Shown in pieces: positions 31,285 to 43,200 of a stretch of 64,000 nt of DNA (position 1 is its first letter; every line of letters starts with the position of its first letter). The DNA is taken from NCBI RefSeq assembly GCF_009914755.1, contig NC_060925.1; one strand, 5' to 3'. The position numbers were made by a program, and so were the translations under genes. This DNA comes from the human T2T-CHM13v2.0 reference genome, Homo sapiens. Under the pieces are notes generated by a model that was given only the letters and a program-made list of their open reading frames with translations, was not told the DNA's origin and did not search any database.

Positions 31285-32369
31285 CAAACTTCTAAATAAG
31301 GTAGTCAAGTTTTACTAACATAATTTTTACAGAAAAGAAAGCCAGGTTATTGCCTATGGCTCGGTAGTATTTGGGGCAATAAACATGGCTACCTAATACA
31401 GGCTTACTGCGTATGGCCACGCTGGCTGTGAATCTGATGAAAATCGTGCCTTCTAGAGTTTTGTAGAGAACAGTCTTCACACCACATCCAGGGACCTGGC
31501 AATACAGTGCCCTCCTGCAACAATCAAGAAATTTTTAATCCAGTACTTTTCCCCAGGACAACTTTCCTTTTCTACACACACACACACACACATTCCTACA
31601 CACTCATAAACATTTTTCACCATGCATTCATTGTCCTTATGCCCTCCAAATTAAATCAGCAAATTAAATCAGTGCTAGAAATAGGAAGAAACTTTCTGGA
31701 TTCTACCTTTATGTTAAGAACGAATAACGGTAATTATTCCATAATACTGCAGGGTGAAAATGTACGGAAAAACATTTTCTTGCTAATGTATATACAGTGC
31801 CCATACTGTACTTACGTGTCTACTCCTGGCTAATCTATTTATTACATAGCTAAACAAAGCAACATTTTGGAACAATACTTGTAGGTTTTCAACATTCTAA
31901 AAAGGTCTGGCAGTCAGTCCCTGTGTTTCAAACCTAAGATTAAAGCAATAATTTATTTCATAGTTTCTGTGAAGATATCATAAGTTCTCATCTCTAAGAT
32001 AATTTCAGCATGGATTTATTGATGCATGCTATATGTGGTTTAACTGAGTGTATGTTTTCTTTGCATGGGGCTATGAAGTGTCTAGATAGGAAGTAGCAAA
32101 TAAAGAAAACTCAAGACATGTTGCTTGTTACAAATTGATTTCAAATATTCATGCCAGTAAGAAAGAAAATGAACAGATAATGTAAACTGTTCCTCTATTT
32201 TGAGGAATAGCGTTCTTTGCAATCTACTTTAAAAGCTTCTAGCAGAAATTACTTCTCAGAGAAATTTTAAATAACCTAAATTAACTTGACACAGATTACC
32301 TAAAATTACAATGCAATTGTCATTCTGGACTACTGGAAAAATGAATAATCTTTCTTTAAGAAGCCTCCA

Positions 32370-32647
32370 GGCTGGGTGTGTTGGTGCACACTTGCAAGCC
32401 CAGCACTTTGGGAGGCTGCTTGAGGCCAGGAATTTGCTATCAGCCTGGGCAACACAGCAAGACCCCATCTCTAAATTTTTTTGTTTTCAAATCAGCCTGG
32501 CATGGTGGCACATACCTGTGGTCCCAGCTACTTTGGAGGCTGAAGTGGGAGAATTGCTTGAGCCCAGGAGTTTGAGGCTGAGTGAGCTATGATCACACCA
32601 CTGCATTCCAGCCTGAGTGACAGAGTGAGACCCTGTCTCAGAAAAAA
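32370..32647 (+). mobile_element. AluJ
   Basis: TTGAGCCCAGGAGTTTGAGGCTG and GAGCTATGATC diagnostics. Confidence 0.88.
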
Positions 32648-32861
32648 GAAACTTCTTGTGAGAGATTCATTCTAATACTTATATTTTCACATTAGCTTGA
32701 AAAAAACATGAATCAGTTCATTAGGTATTCCCATTTCTTATAATTGTGGAATAAATGAGAATCACATATAACTATTACATGTATTTCAAAATTACTTATA
32801 TTGAACTCTGAAGTAAAATGCATTTTTTAATTCATACATATGCATCTGACACTTTTGGCAA

Positions 32862-33030
32862 ACAGAAGCGTCAGTGGATAAAGACTCATGAAAAACTGAA
32901 TACCTGGTTTCCTGTCCTGAATCTACTTCTCTCTAGCCTTGTAATCTTAAAAAAAATCACTTTTCCTCTCTATTTCTTAATTTCCTTATCTGAAGATTAA
33001 GATAACCATCATACAGAGTTTTGTGAGGCA
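32862..33030 (+). mobile_element. MIR/MIR3 SINE
   Basis: Degenerate core CTTAATTTCCTTATCTG...CAGAGTTTTGTGAGG. Confidence 0.5.
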
Positions 33031-33828
33031 CAGATCTAAAACACCACTCAAATATATACACAGCAGTATTAACACATGCAATTTTATGTTTTAATATTAT
33101 GATTCACAAAAAATTTGACTTCTTGACTAAAAACTGTAAAGTTTATACTTACTTTTCCCACTCCTGTTTCTCACACATGTATGTGTATGTGTGTGCATGT
33201 GTGTGTGTGTATGCATGTGTGTATATGTATTTAGCATCTATTGATTTGTCTTAAGCCTCTTAGGTTCAATGGACAAATTCAGCTTCTTCCACATGTAAGT
33301 AACTGCCTAATTTTATTTTTAAGGTATATACACTGAACCATTTAACCATAGGGAGAGCAACTTAGCCAAAGTCACACTCTTTTCTGGCATTGAAGTAAAA
33401 CTTCACCCTCTGCCAACCCCCCTCCCTTTCTTTGCCTTCACCTGCTCTGATCCCATCAGTAGTCCTAATACTTCTGGCATGTTATTTTTCATCCCAGAGT
33501 CTGCCTCATGAGGAAAGCCATCCACAGCAATGAGTTTACTCATGTTATTCTCACTTTTAAAGAAGACTAAAATGAGACACAGAGATTAAAAGCTTAAGTT
33601 CTCTCAAGCATTTAGTAACAGACCCAGTGATTAAATCCAGTTAGAGTCCAGAGCCAGCAGAAGAGTTTTGTGTTGTTGATACTAATCTTTAATAAATAAG
33701 TGCTATGCATAATTTAAATCCTAACAGAAGTTAAAAATCGTTCTCACTCCTGTTATATAGCTAGCATTTACTTGCTATCTAAACAAACAAATATACCAAT
33801 AGTTTTTTAAAAAAAAAAAAAAAAACAA

Positions 33829-34790
<962 letters not shown>

Positions 34791-35194
34791 AGTACTCTCC
34801 ATCTCTAAACAATAAACCGACTTGTTAAACATAAGCAAAATGCCTAAATAGAATCCACTAGTATTAAATGAGTAATTGAACTTGACCAGGTACGGATTAC
34901 TTGAGAACACAGCATTAAAATTAACTTAATTATCTATATTAATAGAGTAAAGAAAAATATGCTGTTATATCATTTCAAAAGACACAAAAATACAATAAAA
35001 ACAGTTGGCAAAATTAAACCTTTATGTTGCATAAAATTCTTAATCTACGAATAAAAAATAACATTCCTTTAACAAGTTGAGATTGTCTACTAGAAAACAA
35101 AAATGACGTTATATCTACCATTGTCATATGAGGAACATCTCTGCTAGCGTCAGCAGTAGTAAACAAGCCTGCCCACTCTCACCTGATGTCTTAG

Positions 35195-36327
35195 TGTGTC
35201 CGGAATTGGTGGGTTCTTGGTCTCGCTGGCTGACTTCAAGAATGAAGCCACGGACCCTTGCGGTGAGTGTTACAGTTCTTAAAGATGGTGTGTCCGTAAT
35301 TTGTTCCTTCTGATGTTCAGACGTGTTCAGAGTTTCCTTCCTTCTGGCGGATTCGTGGTCTCGCTAGCTTCAGGAGTGAAGCTGCAGACCTTTGCGGTGA
35401 GCATTACAGCCCTTAAGGAGGTGCATCTGGAGTTGTTCCTCCCTCCCGCTGGGTTTGTGGTGGGTTCCTTGTCTCACCCACCTCAGTTGTAAAGGCCTCA
35501 GGAGTGAAGCTGCAGACCTCCCCAGTAATGGCACACACCCAAAGACCAAGGAACAGCAAGATTTATTGCCAAGAGCAAAAGAACAAAGCCCCCCCAAAGT
35601 AAGGCAGACCCAAACAGGTTGCAGCAGCTGGCTCAGGTGGCCTGTTTTTATCCCTTTATCCGGCCCTACCCACATCCTGCTGATTGGTCCATTTCACAGA
35701 GAGCTGACTGGTCCACTTTACAGAGAGCTGATTGGGCCGTTTTTCAGAGAGCTGATTGATCCGTTTTGACAGAGTGCTGATTGGTGCATTTACAAACCTT
35801 TAGCTAGACACAGAGTGCTGATTGGTGCATTTACAATCCTGTAGCTAGACACAAAAGTTCTCCAAGTCCCCATCAGATTAGCTAGACACAGAACATTGAT
35901 TGGTACGTTTACAACCCTTTAGCTAGTGAGAAAAGTCTCCAGGTCCCCACCCAACCCAGAAGCCCAGTGGGGTTCACTTCTCAATGGTACTCCCTGCAGG
36001 ACTTTCCGGCACCGGCAGCCCAGAGGGAGCTCGTCCCCCATCAAGCCCAGCAGGCGCCGGCTGGCCACACCTAGGCCCACCAAGCCTGCACCCACCCAGA
36101 ACCCCCACCGCGCGAGCAGGTTACGCAGCCCCAGCTGCCACAGGCGCCTCTCCCTCCACTTCTCCCCGCCAGCAGAGGGAGCCAGCTCCGGCCTCGGCCA
36201 GCCCCAGAGAAGGGCCTCCACAGTGCTGCGGCAGGCTGAAGGACTCCTCCAGCGTAGCCAGAGCTGCCCCCGAGGCTGCAGAGGTGCCGAGAGCGAGCGA
36301 GGGCTGATAGCACGTTGTCACCTCTCA
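35195..36327 (-). mobile_element. LTR12-family (ERV9) solo LTR, 1133 bp
   Basis: Minus strand runs TGAGAGGTGACAACGTGCT...CCACCAATTCCGGACACA; tandem CTGATTGG repeats; TSD TTAG/TTAC. Confidence 0.93.
35645..35905 (-). promoter_or_regulatory. LTR12 U3 CCAAT (NF-Y) array and TATA-like box
   Basis: Five intact ATTGG (35683, 35731, 35780, 35821, 35899), two mutated copies, and GATAAAAA on the minus strand near 35645-35652. Confidence 0.65.
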
Positions 36328-37072
36328 TTACTCTGTGCTGCTATGACAAAATACCATAGACTGGGTAATTTATCAAGAATATAAATGCATTTCTTTCAGT
36401 TCTGGAGGCTGGGAAGTGTAAGATCAAGGCACTGGCCTGTTCAGTGTCTGTGAAGGCCCAGTCTCCCTGCTTCCAAGATGGTGCCTTGTTGTGGTATCCT
36501 CTGGAGGGATGAACACTGTGTCTTTCATGGCAGAAGGAATAGAAGGAAAAAAGGGCCAAAGCTAGTTTCCTCCAGCTCTTTTATAAGCACTAATCCATTT
36601 ACAAGGGTAGAGTTTTCATGAATTAATCACTTCCCAGAGGCCTCATCTCTTAATACCACTACAGTGGAATTAAGTTTCAATATCTGAATTTGGGGAAGCA
36701 TTCAGACTATAGCACCTGACTATTCAACTTTGTACTTGAGACCCTAGCCAATGCTATGTGAAAGAGAAAAATGAGATCTATTTTTAGAAGAGAAGACTCA
36801 AAACATGCACTATATGTACATTGCCTACCTTAAAATTCCAAAATAAGTCACATAACTTACAAACTAATAGGGGTTTGATAATTAGACCAAATAGAAAAAC
36901 AACTCAAATCAAGTGTTGGTTTCTTGATATACTGCCAATAGCCTATTAGAACATATAAGGAAATAACTGTTAGTAAGAATTGAACAAGCCCTCTACCAAG
37001 ACAATGCTTTCCCATTTAAAGATGCAAAAAGAGACCTGAGTAAGTGGGGAGCGGCATACTGTGTTTTGAAGG

Positions 37073-37427
37073 TGTATTAGTACATTTTCACACTGCTGAT
37101 AAAGACATACCCAAGACTAGGCAATTTACAAGAGAAAGAGGTTTATTGGACTTACAGTTCCACATGGGTGGGGAGGCTTCACAATCATGGCAGAAGTCAA
37201 GAAGTAGCAAGTCAGGTCTTAACATGGATGGCAGTAGGAAAAAAAAAGAGAGCTTGTGCAGGAAAACTCCCCCTTAAAATAACCATCAGATCTCCTGAGA
37301 CAGACTATCATGAGAACAGCACGGGAAAGACCTGCCCTCGTGATTCCATTACCTCCCACCGGGTCCCTCCCACAACACGTGGGAATTCAAGATGAGATTT
37401 AGGTGGAGACGCAGTCAAACCATATCA
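37073..37427 (-). mobile_element. THE1A/B solo LTR
   Basis: TGTATTAG...CTGCTGATAAAGACATACCC...CAAACCATATCA; TSD GAAGG/GAAGA. Confidence 0.93.
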
Positions 37428-37866
37428 GAAGATAAACATTAAATAGCAAAAAGACATCAAATATTCATAAATTAACATATAATCCAATGATATCTCAATT
37501 AAAAATTTAATAGCTTTTTAAATCTGAGGAATGCAGGAGCTGATTCTAAAGTTTTTAATAATAAAAAGCACAAGAATAGCCAAAACATTTAAAAAAGAAA
37601 AGAAAAAATACACTATCCATGAAATATATAAAACAGTATAATACGCTATTTAAAGTATTGTAATATTTAAAATACTGTGATTCTGGAAAGCATAATAATG
37701 AAAAGACCAAAATAAAAAATCCAGGAAGATACTCATATTTGTGACTTAAGTTCATTATTTTAAATAATTAAGAAGTGGTTATTAAATTGTATTGGAAAAG
37801 TTCATTTGAAAAACAAAAAGAGGATTAAAAAATCTCACAACATAAAAAGCTAAATTTCAGATAAAG

Positions 37867-38597
37867 GTGGCAAAGTTTAATAAAGAACCTGACATCGTTT
37901 TTTGATGTTTGGCTGTTGGCAGCCCTTAAGACTTACCAATCTCTCATCTCATTGTGCCTCACAAGCTTAATTAAAGCCTAGATGCTCTCTTCTTTGTCAA
38001 TGGTGAGTGGTTTAAACCACACTGGTTACTACCCACCTAAGGTACTATCAGCCCAGTCCCAGTTTCTTTTTTTTTTTTTTTTTTTTGAGATGAAGTCTCG
38101 CTGTTGCCCAGGCTGGAGTGCAGTGGCGCAATCTCAGCTCACTGCAGGCTCCACCCGCCCCGGGTTCATGCCATTCTCCTGTCTCAGCCTCCTGAGTAGC
38201 TGGGACTACAGGCGCCCGCCACCTTGCCTGGCTAATTTTTTGTATTTTTAGTAGAGACGGGGTTTCACCATATTAGCCAGGATGGTCTCGATCTCCTGAC
38301 CTCCTGATCCACCTGCCTTGGCCTCCCAAAGTGCTGGGATTACAGGCGTTAGCCACCACGCCTGGCCCCAGTTTCTAACCACCAAAAAAATCTGAAGCCA
38401 AGTATCCCTGGTTCTTTGAAGTCATTTTAGCAAATCTTTGGGAGCAACCTCACCCTCTCCAGAAAGCCTTGGTAGGTGAGTAATAAAGCTTTATACCCTC
38501 GTGTTGTGTGTGAGGTGTTATCAGCTTCGACATCTGATCCAAATTTTGAATGGGTAGCTGGGGTCTATCATGACCTTGTGGGGGAGGCCACAAGACA
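37867..38597 (+). mobile_element. ERVL-class LTR (LTR53/MER54-like), split by an AluY
   Basis: TTTTTTGATGTTTGGCTG...GTGAGTAATAAAGC...CCACAAGACA. Subfamily uncertain. Confidence 0.5.
38068..38367 (-). mobile_element. AluY
   Basis: GGGTTCATGCCATTCTCC and TTAGCCAGGATGG diagnostics; TSD CCAGTTTCT at 38059-38067 and 38368-38376. Confidence 0.93.
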
Positions 38598-38611
38598 AAG
38601 CAGAATGTTGT

Positions 38612-38884
38612 GGGGTTTGTTTGTTTTGTTTTGTTTTGTTTTTGTTTTTGAGACAGAGTCTAACTCTGTTGCCCAGACTGAAGTGCAGTGGTGCAATCTC
38701 GGCTAATTGCACCCCCTCCTCCTGGGTTCAAGCGATTCTTGTTCCTCAGCCTCCCAAGTAGCTGAAACTACAGGTGTGCGCCACCATACCTGACTAATAC
38801 CTCAAACTCCTGGGCTGAAGTGATCCACCCACCTCAGCCTCCCAAAATGTTGGGATTTCAAGCATGAGCCACCCTGCACAGCCT
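38612..38884 (-). mobile_element. AluJ/S lacking the central linker region
   Basis: CTGACTAAT joined almost directly to CTCAAACTCCTGGGCT; TSD core GACAAAGCA on both flanks. Confidence 0.85.
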
Positions 38885-39279
38885 GACAAAGCAAATTGTA
38901 ACTATTAAACCTGTAATTAGCAATCTGACTGCAAGTGGCTCACGTGGCCCAGTTGCTTCCCTCAATCTCTGATCTTACTTTCTCAAAACAACCAAAATCT
39001 TTGTCAACACTTATCTTCTTCTTTCTCTCTACAACTTATTTGATCTTTTTTCCCTTAAAATTAGTACTAAGTCCTGGAAAATCCACCTGCTTTGACATTG
39101 ATGGGTCTTTATTACTACCGTTTTCTCGTTAACCAAAACAACTTACAAGACATGAGACCTAAACAGCAAATTCCTCTAATGGGGGAAAAATGGGAGCTGT
39201 TGTTTGAGGAATTTTCTCTTGGTATTATTGTCTAAGTGGCTAGGACATTTATTCCACAAACAATTTTTGAGGCTGAAAT

Positions 39280-40010
39280 ATCTGCAAGGTTACATGCTGA
39301 AAATACTACAGTGAACAAATATATGTATAACACGAAAAATTAAACTTCATGTCCTCATGGGATTTAAATTTTCATGAGATAATTAAACAATAGGTAAATA
39401 AACCAATGGATAAGTAATATTCTTTTATATAATAATTATAAGATATTATTAGGTATTAGATAAAATGTCTAAAATATAAGATAAAACTAAAATATCTGAA
39501 ATATAAGGGAATAGATGGGAGGGTTAGTATAGTTAAGGTAGTTGGAGTAGACTTCCTTGAGGAGGTGACATTTAAGCAGAGAACTAAATAAAGTGAAAGG
39601 GTGAGTGAGGCAAACATTTGTGGGGTGAGCATTCTAGGCTGAGGCAATGGTGGATGCAAAGGCCCTGTGATAGGAACATGACTGGGCTGTTTGAGAAGAA
39701 TGCTAGTATGGCTTCAGCAGAAGGGACCATAGAGAAATAGGAAACATATTTAGGAAGGTTGCCGGGGACCACAGTATAAAAGAACACTGAGGACACTAGA
39801 TTTTATTTGTATTATTAGGAGAAACTATCAAAAAGCACTGAAATAGAAAACAGTATGATATGCTGATATATATTTTGAAGAGATGACTTGAACTTTTGTA
39901 TTGACTGAAGATTAAGAGAGAAAACAGAGTGAGGTTAGGAAGCTAGAACAGTGATGTTTAGGAGAGACCAGCTTGGCTTGGAGTAGGGAGGAAGAAACAG
40001 AGGCGCTGAA
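39280..40010 (-). mobile_element. L2 fragment
   Basis: CTTCCTTGAGGAGGTGACATTTAAGCAGAGA, GAGCATTCTAGGC and TGCAAAGGCCCTG. Confidence 0.75.
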
Positions 40011-40221
40011 TATTCCTCACGTTAGAAACGGGATGAGAAAATCATAAGGGTTGTCTCTCATCACCTCAACACTAGAATTCCTGAGATAGGCAGCCTAACA
40101 TTCTTTAGTCTTTGAGCCAGAGGAAATAGTTTATTTTTTATTTTTATTTTTTTAAGTGCATTCCTTTTTTATTTAAAGGGAGCAAAAGCAACTCTTTTCC
40201 CTTTGTCATTACCATATTTTA

Positions 40222-43200
40222 CTTTATTTATTTATTTGTTTATTCCGTCAACTTTTATTTTAAGTTCAGGGGTGCATATGCAGGATGTGCAGGTTTGTTA
40301 CATAGGTAAACGTGTGCCCATGTGGTTTGCTACACAGATCATCCCATCACCTAGGTATTAAGCCCAGCATCCATTAGCTACTCTTCATGACACTCTCCCT
40401 CCCCCAATGCACCCCCACAGGCCCCAGTGTGTGTCGTTCCCCTCTATGTGTTCTCATTTTTCAGCTCCAACTTATAACTGAGAACATGTGGTGTTTGGTT
40501 TTCTGTTCCTGTGTTAGTTTGCTGAGAATTATGGCTTTCAGCTCCATCCATGTCCCTGCAAAGGACATGATCTCATTTCTTTTTATGGCTGCATAGTATT
40601 CCATGGTGTATATGTACCACATTTTCTTTATCCAGTCTATCATTGATGGGCATTTGGGTTGGTTCCATGTCCTTGCTATTGTGAATAGTGTTGCAATAAA
40701 CATACGTGTGCATGTGTCCTTATAGTAGAATGATTTCTATTCCTTTTGATATATACCCAGTAATGGGATTGTGGGATCATATGGTTATCTGGTTCTAGAT
40801 CCTTGAGGAATCGCCACACTGTCCTCTACAATGATTGAACAAATTTACATTCCCACCAACAGTGTAAAAGTGTTCCTATTTCTCCACAGCCCCTCGAAAA
40901 TCTATTATTTCTTGACTTTTTAATAATCGCCCTTCTGACTGGCATAAGATGGTATCTCATTGTGGTTTTGATTTGTATTTCTGTAATTATCAGTGGTGTT
41001 GAGCTTTTTTTCATACATTTGTTGGCTGCATAAATGTCTTCTTTTGAGAAGTGTCTGTTCATATCCTTTGCCCACTTTTTGATGGTTTTTTTTTTCTTGT
41101 AAATTTGTTTAAGTTCCTGCTAGATTCTGGACGTTAGACCTTTGTCAGATGGGTAGATTGCAAAAATTTTCCCCCATGCTGTGGGTTGCCTCTTCACTCT
41201 GATGATAGTTTCTTTTCACAATATTGATTATTCCTATCCGTGAGCATGGAATGTTTTCCCATTTGTTTGTGTCCTGTATTATTTCCTTGAGCAGTGGTTT
41301 GTAGTTCTTGAAGAGGTCTTTTACATCCCTTGTAAGTTGTATTCCTAGGTATTTTATTCTCTTCGTAGCACTTGTGAATGTTTGTTCATTCATGCTTTGG
41401 CTCTCTGCTTGTTTATTGTTGGTGTGTAGGAATGCTTGTGATTTTTGCACAGTGATTTTATATCCTGAGACTTTGCCGAAGTTACTTATCAGCTTAAGGA
41501 GCTTTTTGGCTGAGATGATGGGGTGTTCTAAATATAGAATTACATCATCTGCAGAGAAAATTTGACTTCCTCTCTTCCTATTTGAATAACCTTTATTTCT
41601 TTCTTTTGCCTGATTGCATTGGCCAGAACTTCCAATATTATGTTGAATAGGAGTGGTGAGAGAGGGCATCCTTGTCTTGTACCAGTTTTCAAAGGGAATG
41701 CTTCCAGCTTTTGCCAATCAATATGATATTGGCTGTGGATTTGTCATAAATAGCTCTTATTGTTTTGAGATATGTTCTCTAAGTACCTAGTTTATTGAGA
41801 GTTTTTAACATGAAGGGATGTTGAATTTCATCAAAGGCCTTTTCTGCATCTACTGAGATGATCATGTGATTTTTGTCTTTAGTTCTGATTATGTGATGGA
41901 TTATGTTTATTGATTTGCATATGTTGAACCAGCCTTGCATCCCAGGGATGAAACTGACATGATCATGTTGGGTAAAGTTTTTTTATGTGCTGCTGGATTC
42001 AGTTTGCCAGGATTTTGTTGAGGATTTTTGCATCAATTTCTATCAGGGATATTAGCCTGAAGTTTTCTGTTTTTGTTGTGTCTCTGCCAGGTTTTGGTAT
42101 CAGGGTGATGCTGGCCTCATAAAATGAGTTAGGGAGGAGTCCCTTTTTTCAATTATTTGGAATAGTTTTAGAAGTAATGGTACCAGCTCCTCTTTGTGTC
42201 TCTGGTAGAATTCAGCTGTGAATCTGTCTAATCCTGGGCTTTTTTTTTTTTTTTTTTTTTTTTGGTTGAGAGACTATTAATTACAGCCTCAATTTCACAA
42301 CTTGTTATTGGTCTATTCTGGGATTCGACTTCTTCCTGGTTCAGTCTTGGTAGGGTGTATGTGTCCAGGAATGTATCCATTTCTTCCAGATTTTCTAGTT
42401 TATTTGAGTAAAGGTGTTTATAGTATTCTTTGATGGTAGTTTATATTTCTGTGGGATCAGTGGTGATATCCCCTTTATCATTCTTTATTGTGTCTATTTG
42501 ATTCTTCTCTCTTTTCTTCTTTGTTAGTCTAGCTAGCAGTCTATGTATTTTGTTAATCTTTTCAAAAAAACACCTCCTGGATTCATTGATTTTTAAGGGG
42601 TTTTTTAAATGTCTCTATCTCCTTTGATTCTACTCTGATCTTGTTTATTTCTTGTCTTCTGCTAGCTTTTGGATTTATTTGCTCTTGCTTCTCTAGCTCT
42701 TTTAATTGTGATGTTAGGGTGTCAATTTGAGAACTTTCTACCTTTCTGATGTTGGCATTTAGTGCTATAAATTTTCCTCTTAACATTGCTTTATCTGTGC
42801 CCCCACAGATTCTGATACTTTGTCTCTTTGTTTTCACTGGTTTCAATGAACTTCTTGATTTCTGCCTTACTTTCGTTATTTACTTAGGAGTCATTCAGGA
42901 GCAGGTTGTTCAATTTCCATGTAATTGTGTGGTTTTTAGTGAGTTTTTTAATCCTGAGTTCTAATTTGATTGTACTGTGTTATGAGAGACTGTTTGTTAC
43001 GATTTTAGTTATTTTGCATTTGCTGAGGAGTGTTTTACTTCCAATTATGCGGTCAATTTTAGAATAAGTGCCATGTAGTACTGAGAAGAATGAATTTCAG
43101 TTGATTTGGGGTAGATAGTTCTGCAGATGTCTATTAGGTCCACTTGATCCAGAGCTGAGTTCAAGTCCTGAATATCCTTGTTAATTTTCTGTCTCATTGA

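Larger units (their letters stand above)
35187..36714 (-). mobile_element. MaLR solo LTR (MSTC/MLT1A-like), split by LTR12
   Basis: TGTCTTAG...TCTGTGCTGCTATGACAAAATACC...TTCAGACTATAGCA; perfect 5-bp TSD CCTGA at 35182-35186 and 36715-36719. Confidence 0.87.
34910..37865 (+). mobile_element. Old L1ME ORF2 fragment hosting MaLR, LTR12 and THE1 insertions
   Basis: TGCCCACTCTCACC (35170) resumes as CTATTCAACTTTGTACTTGAGACCCTAGCCAATG (36720), which is the [13 protein letters not shown] region. Further pieces at 37433-37865. Confidence 0.7.

Noticed and set aside
35670-35925. Regularly spaced repeats resembling a CRISPR-like array
   Set aside because: These are the known tandem U3 CCAAT repeats of LTR12, with no unique spacers.
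35919-36384. GC-rich overlapping ORFs / CpG-island gene start
   Set aside because: They fall within or start in the LTR12 U3; open frames reflect GC content.
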